DNA from: Convolutriloba macropyga
Lineage: Eukaryota
DNA: 64,000 nt
NCBI RefSeq assembly: GCF_964194025.1
Contig: NC_134476.1
Coordinates: 27,094,001-27,158,000 of the forward strand
Reading direction: 5' to 3'
The notes under the pieces were generated by a model that made no database searches, was not told where the DNA came from, and saw nothing but the letters and a program-made list of their open reading frames with translations. Position numbers and translations under genes: made by a program. Position 1 is the stretch's first letter; each line of letters begins with the position of its first letter. Below, piece by piece: positions 61,773-64,000 of this stretch.

Positions 61773-61957
61773 CTCTGAAAATAAAATAAGTTGTAAGATT
61801 AGAAGTGAGAAAAGGAGGAGTAAAAAATTGTTAAAATGGAAGTTGCGATGAAATAAAATTTTTGTCAGAAGTTGTAAAGATTAGAGTTCTCAACTGTACT
61901 CAATTCTGTAAATCAGAAAAATGAAAATAAATGGAAATGAAAAGTTCTTTGTTGAAT

Positions 61958-62234
61958 ATGACGTAATTATGACCACATAATGACTTAATTGAGACGACAG
62001 AATGACGTAATTGTGACGTTATTATGACGTAATTATTACGACACTATGACGTAATTGTGAATTACAATGATGTAATCGTAATGTTATGAGTAATTGTGAC
62101 AATAATATAGTGACTAATTGTCTAATCACGTGAGAATTTTAGGCACATTAACAGATGACACAGTAAATTTATTATTAGGGACTTTACAAAGCAGAGGTCA
62201 TTTACCTCCAAGCAAAATTAATGGGATCACGTGA
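61958..62234 (-). promoter_or_regulatory. Putative pPolB promoter with clustered CRE/ATF-like sites and E-boxes
   Basis: ATGACGTAAT at 61958, 62002, 62024, 62046 plus degenerate copies; TCACGTGA at 62126 and 62227. Confidence 0.55.
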
Positions 62235-62399
62235 GAGATTTCTTTATTACATTAAAGCTTTTGAAACTTGTAAGGCTCCGAAATTACAAAATTGTGCTAA
62301 TAATGGGAGTACAGTAGATAAATTTGGGTAAATTTCTTTGAATTTTGGGTAATTTTTTGAAATGTGGTGATAAAACTGGGAATTTTCAGCTCAAACTTG

Positions 62400-62650
62400 T
62401 TAATTTTTGGCCACGAATTCGGTATTTTTGATAAGATTTGGGTAGATTTTGATAAGAATTGGGTATAATTTGCCACGAATTGGTTTTTTTTTTGGTAAGA
62501 TTTGGGAAGTTTTTGATAAGAATTGGGTATTATTTGCCACGAATTGGGTATTTTTCGGGAAGAATTGGGTATTTTTTGATAAGAATTGGGTATTTTTTGG
62601 GAGGAATTGGGTATTTTTGCCAAGAATTGGGTATTTTTTGGCAAAAAATG
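62400..62650. repeat. ~21-bp subterminal minisatellite of the Maverick
   Basis: Repeated (AA)GAATTGGGTATTTTT(T)G units. Confidence 0.9.
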
Positions 62651-62842
62651 GTAAAATTGTCAAAATTTAAGTATATCAGCCCAAAATCGGGTAAATTCAG
62701 TAAAAATTGACTGAATTGCAATGAAAAATGATAAAATAGTATTCTCCTTATGTAAATGAATGAAAGAAAGTTATAGTTGTGATAACTATGCGCGGATGAA
62801 TAAAATGTGAAAATGACTAAAAGTGAAAGTTCCGCAGATATA

Positions 62843-63066
62843 TTAAGTAGATAAGATTAGCTGAAGTGCATTAGAGCGGATGCATTTCCCTGGGGCAATT
62901 AAGATAATTACCCCTGGGTAATTACGATAAGATGACAGGTCTATTGTTCTCACTCTCTTTTTTAGGTACGTCTTTGGAAAATTGATGAAAATAGGCTATA
63001 GGTAACCTTTATACATAGGTACGTCCTTTTACCCCCCCCCCCCAGCTCTGCTCAGCTACTACTACT
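62843..63066 (-). repeat. Maverick right TIR (224 bp)
   Basis: Ends ...CTCAGCTACTACTACT followed by TSD TGACCA. Confidence 0.96.
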
Positions 63067-63088
63067 TGACCAATAGCATCTGTTTTAG

Positions 63089-63314
63089 CGTCGAAAATGA
63101 GGTTGAGTTTGAGGATCTAGAGCCGGGGGACAGATTTGACGCCACAATCAAAGCATACTCCAAAGGGAATGAAGACGTTCGACTTATGACAGAGTACACG
63201 AAATTCACCTTCCTTAAACCCCCTCCCCCTCTCATTGTGGAGGGAACCCTGGTCGCTGATTGGTCAGATTTCTCAATACATATGGAGCTGGACTTCACTT
63301 ACGGACACACTGCG
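63089..63314 (+). CDS. Downstream exon of the host FN3-repeat protein
   Basis: ctgttttag| acceptor; EVEFEDLEPGDRFDATIKAYS is the FN3 core. Confidence 0.65.
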
Positions 63315-64000
63315 GTCTGAATGAATTTTAAATTTTCAGATTAATTTTTTTCAGCTCATCCAGTCTGTGTTTTCAGGTCTCAAACTCATTTCTTATGTTT
63401 TTCTTGCAGCTCATTCTGTTCAAAAACGCTTTTATTTTCCTAGAATTTAGCTCCTTTCGCTCTCATTCCTTACACTTTTCTACAGTTTTTAATGTTTTTC
63501 AAAACTTCAGAAACCGTTTTCCAAGACAATTAATGTGTGGCAAAGTGGTTTACTTCCTCAATGTGATCAGTCCATGTAGCTGTGGTAAAAAAATTTATCG
63601 GTTACCTACCCTCTAGGCTTGAGTTTTAGGTAGTTTTGAGTTCACCGTTTGTTTCCTAACCTCAAATTGAAGCAGTTTGACTCTTTAAAGAAAAATTTTT
63701 AAATGTTCTGAATTTGCGTAATCAATAGAACCTTCAAATAAGTATTAAAGAGCATTTCGGAGCAATCACATCTGAGAAGAATCAATTCATACCCTTGTTA
63801 TGTGCGACCCTATCCCAAACACTGTCTAGAATTTAGTCGTCAAGACTTTTATTCACTCGACACGATCTCTGAACCAATCCAGCCAGTTTTTTTTCAAAAT
63901 TTTTCATTTTACAATGCATTAAATTTTATATATAAAATATGCATGTCTGCACAGAGCTAACTTCAACCTGGATTTGCTATCATAAAAGCTCATAACAAAC

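Larger units (their letters stand above)
45461..63066. mobile_element. Maverick/Polinton (endogenous polintovirus), 17.6 kb, complete gene set, probably inactivated
   Basis: TIRs beginning AGTAGTAGTAG; 6-bp TSD TGACCA (45455-45460, 63067-63072); pPolB, integrase, ATPase, protease, major and minor capsid genes. Confidence 0.98.

Noticed and set aside
62297-62721. Several overlapping repetitive ORFs
   Set aside because: Arise from the 21-bp minisatellite on both strands; no coding signal

Overview
AT-rich, repeat-dense eukaryotic (animal-like) genomic DNA with spliceosomal introns; it is not prokaryotic and has no CRISPR array. Two elements dominate. (1) A full-length but inactivated Ty3/Gypsy (Mag-like) LTR retrotransposon at 7531-11706, with 134-bp LTRs and an ATTCA TSD. 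It has no tRNA-type primer-binding site. Instead the PBS position is a perfect 15-nt complement of a segment of its own LTR, which suggests Tf1-style self-priming. Its RT gene is broken by a patchwork insertion containing the exact chimera expected of a self-primed minus-strand cDNA. (2) A complete 17.6-kb Maverick/Polinton endogenous virus at 45461-63066, with ~225-bp TIRs starting AGTAGTAGT and a TGACCA TSD. It encodes an A32-like packaging ATPase, integrase, minor and major capsid proteins, adenain protease, core proteins and a ZnF-vOTU-pPolB. It also carries a ~2.95-kb internal tandem duplication with an orphan ORF, a candidate tandem PC4-like ssDNA-binding protein and an HD-motif protein. 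It sits in an intron of a fibronectin-type-III-repeat host gene. The remainder holds a ~172-bp higher-order satellite, foldback-like elements built from 32-33-bp repeats that carry a tRNA-like cassette, a 3.18-kb tandem duplication, MITEs, and exons of a coiled-coil gene and a secreted PAN/Apple-domain gene. All protein family calls come from motif recognition by eye; no database searches were run.
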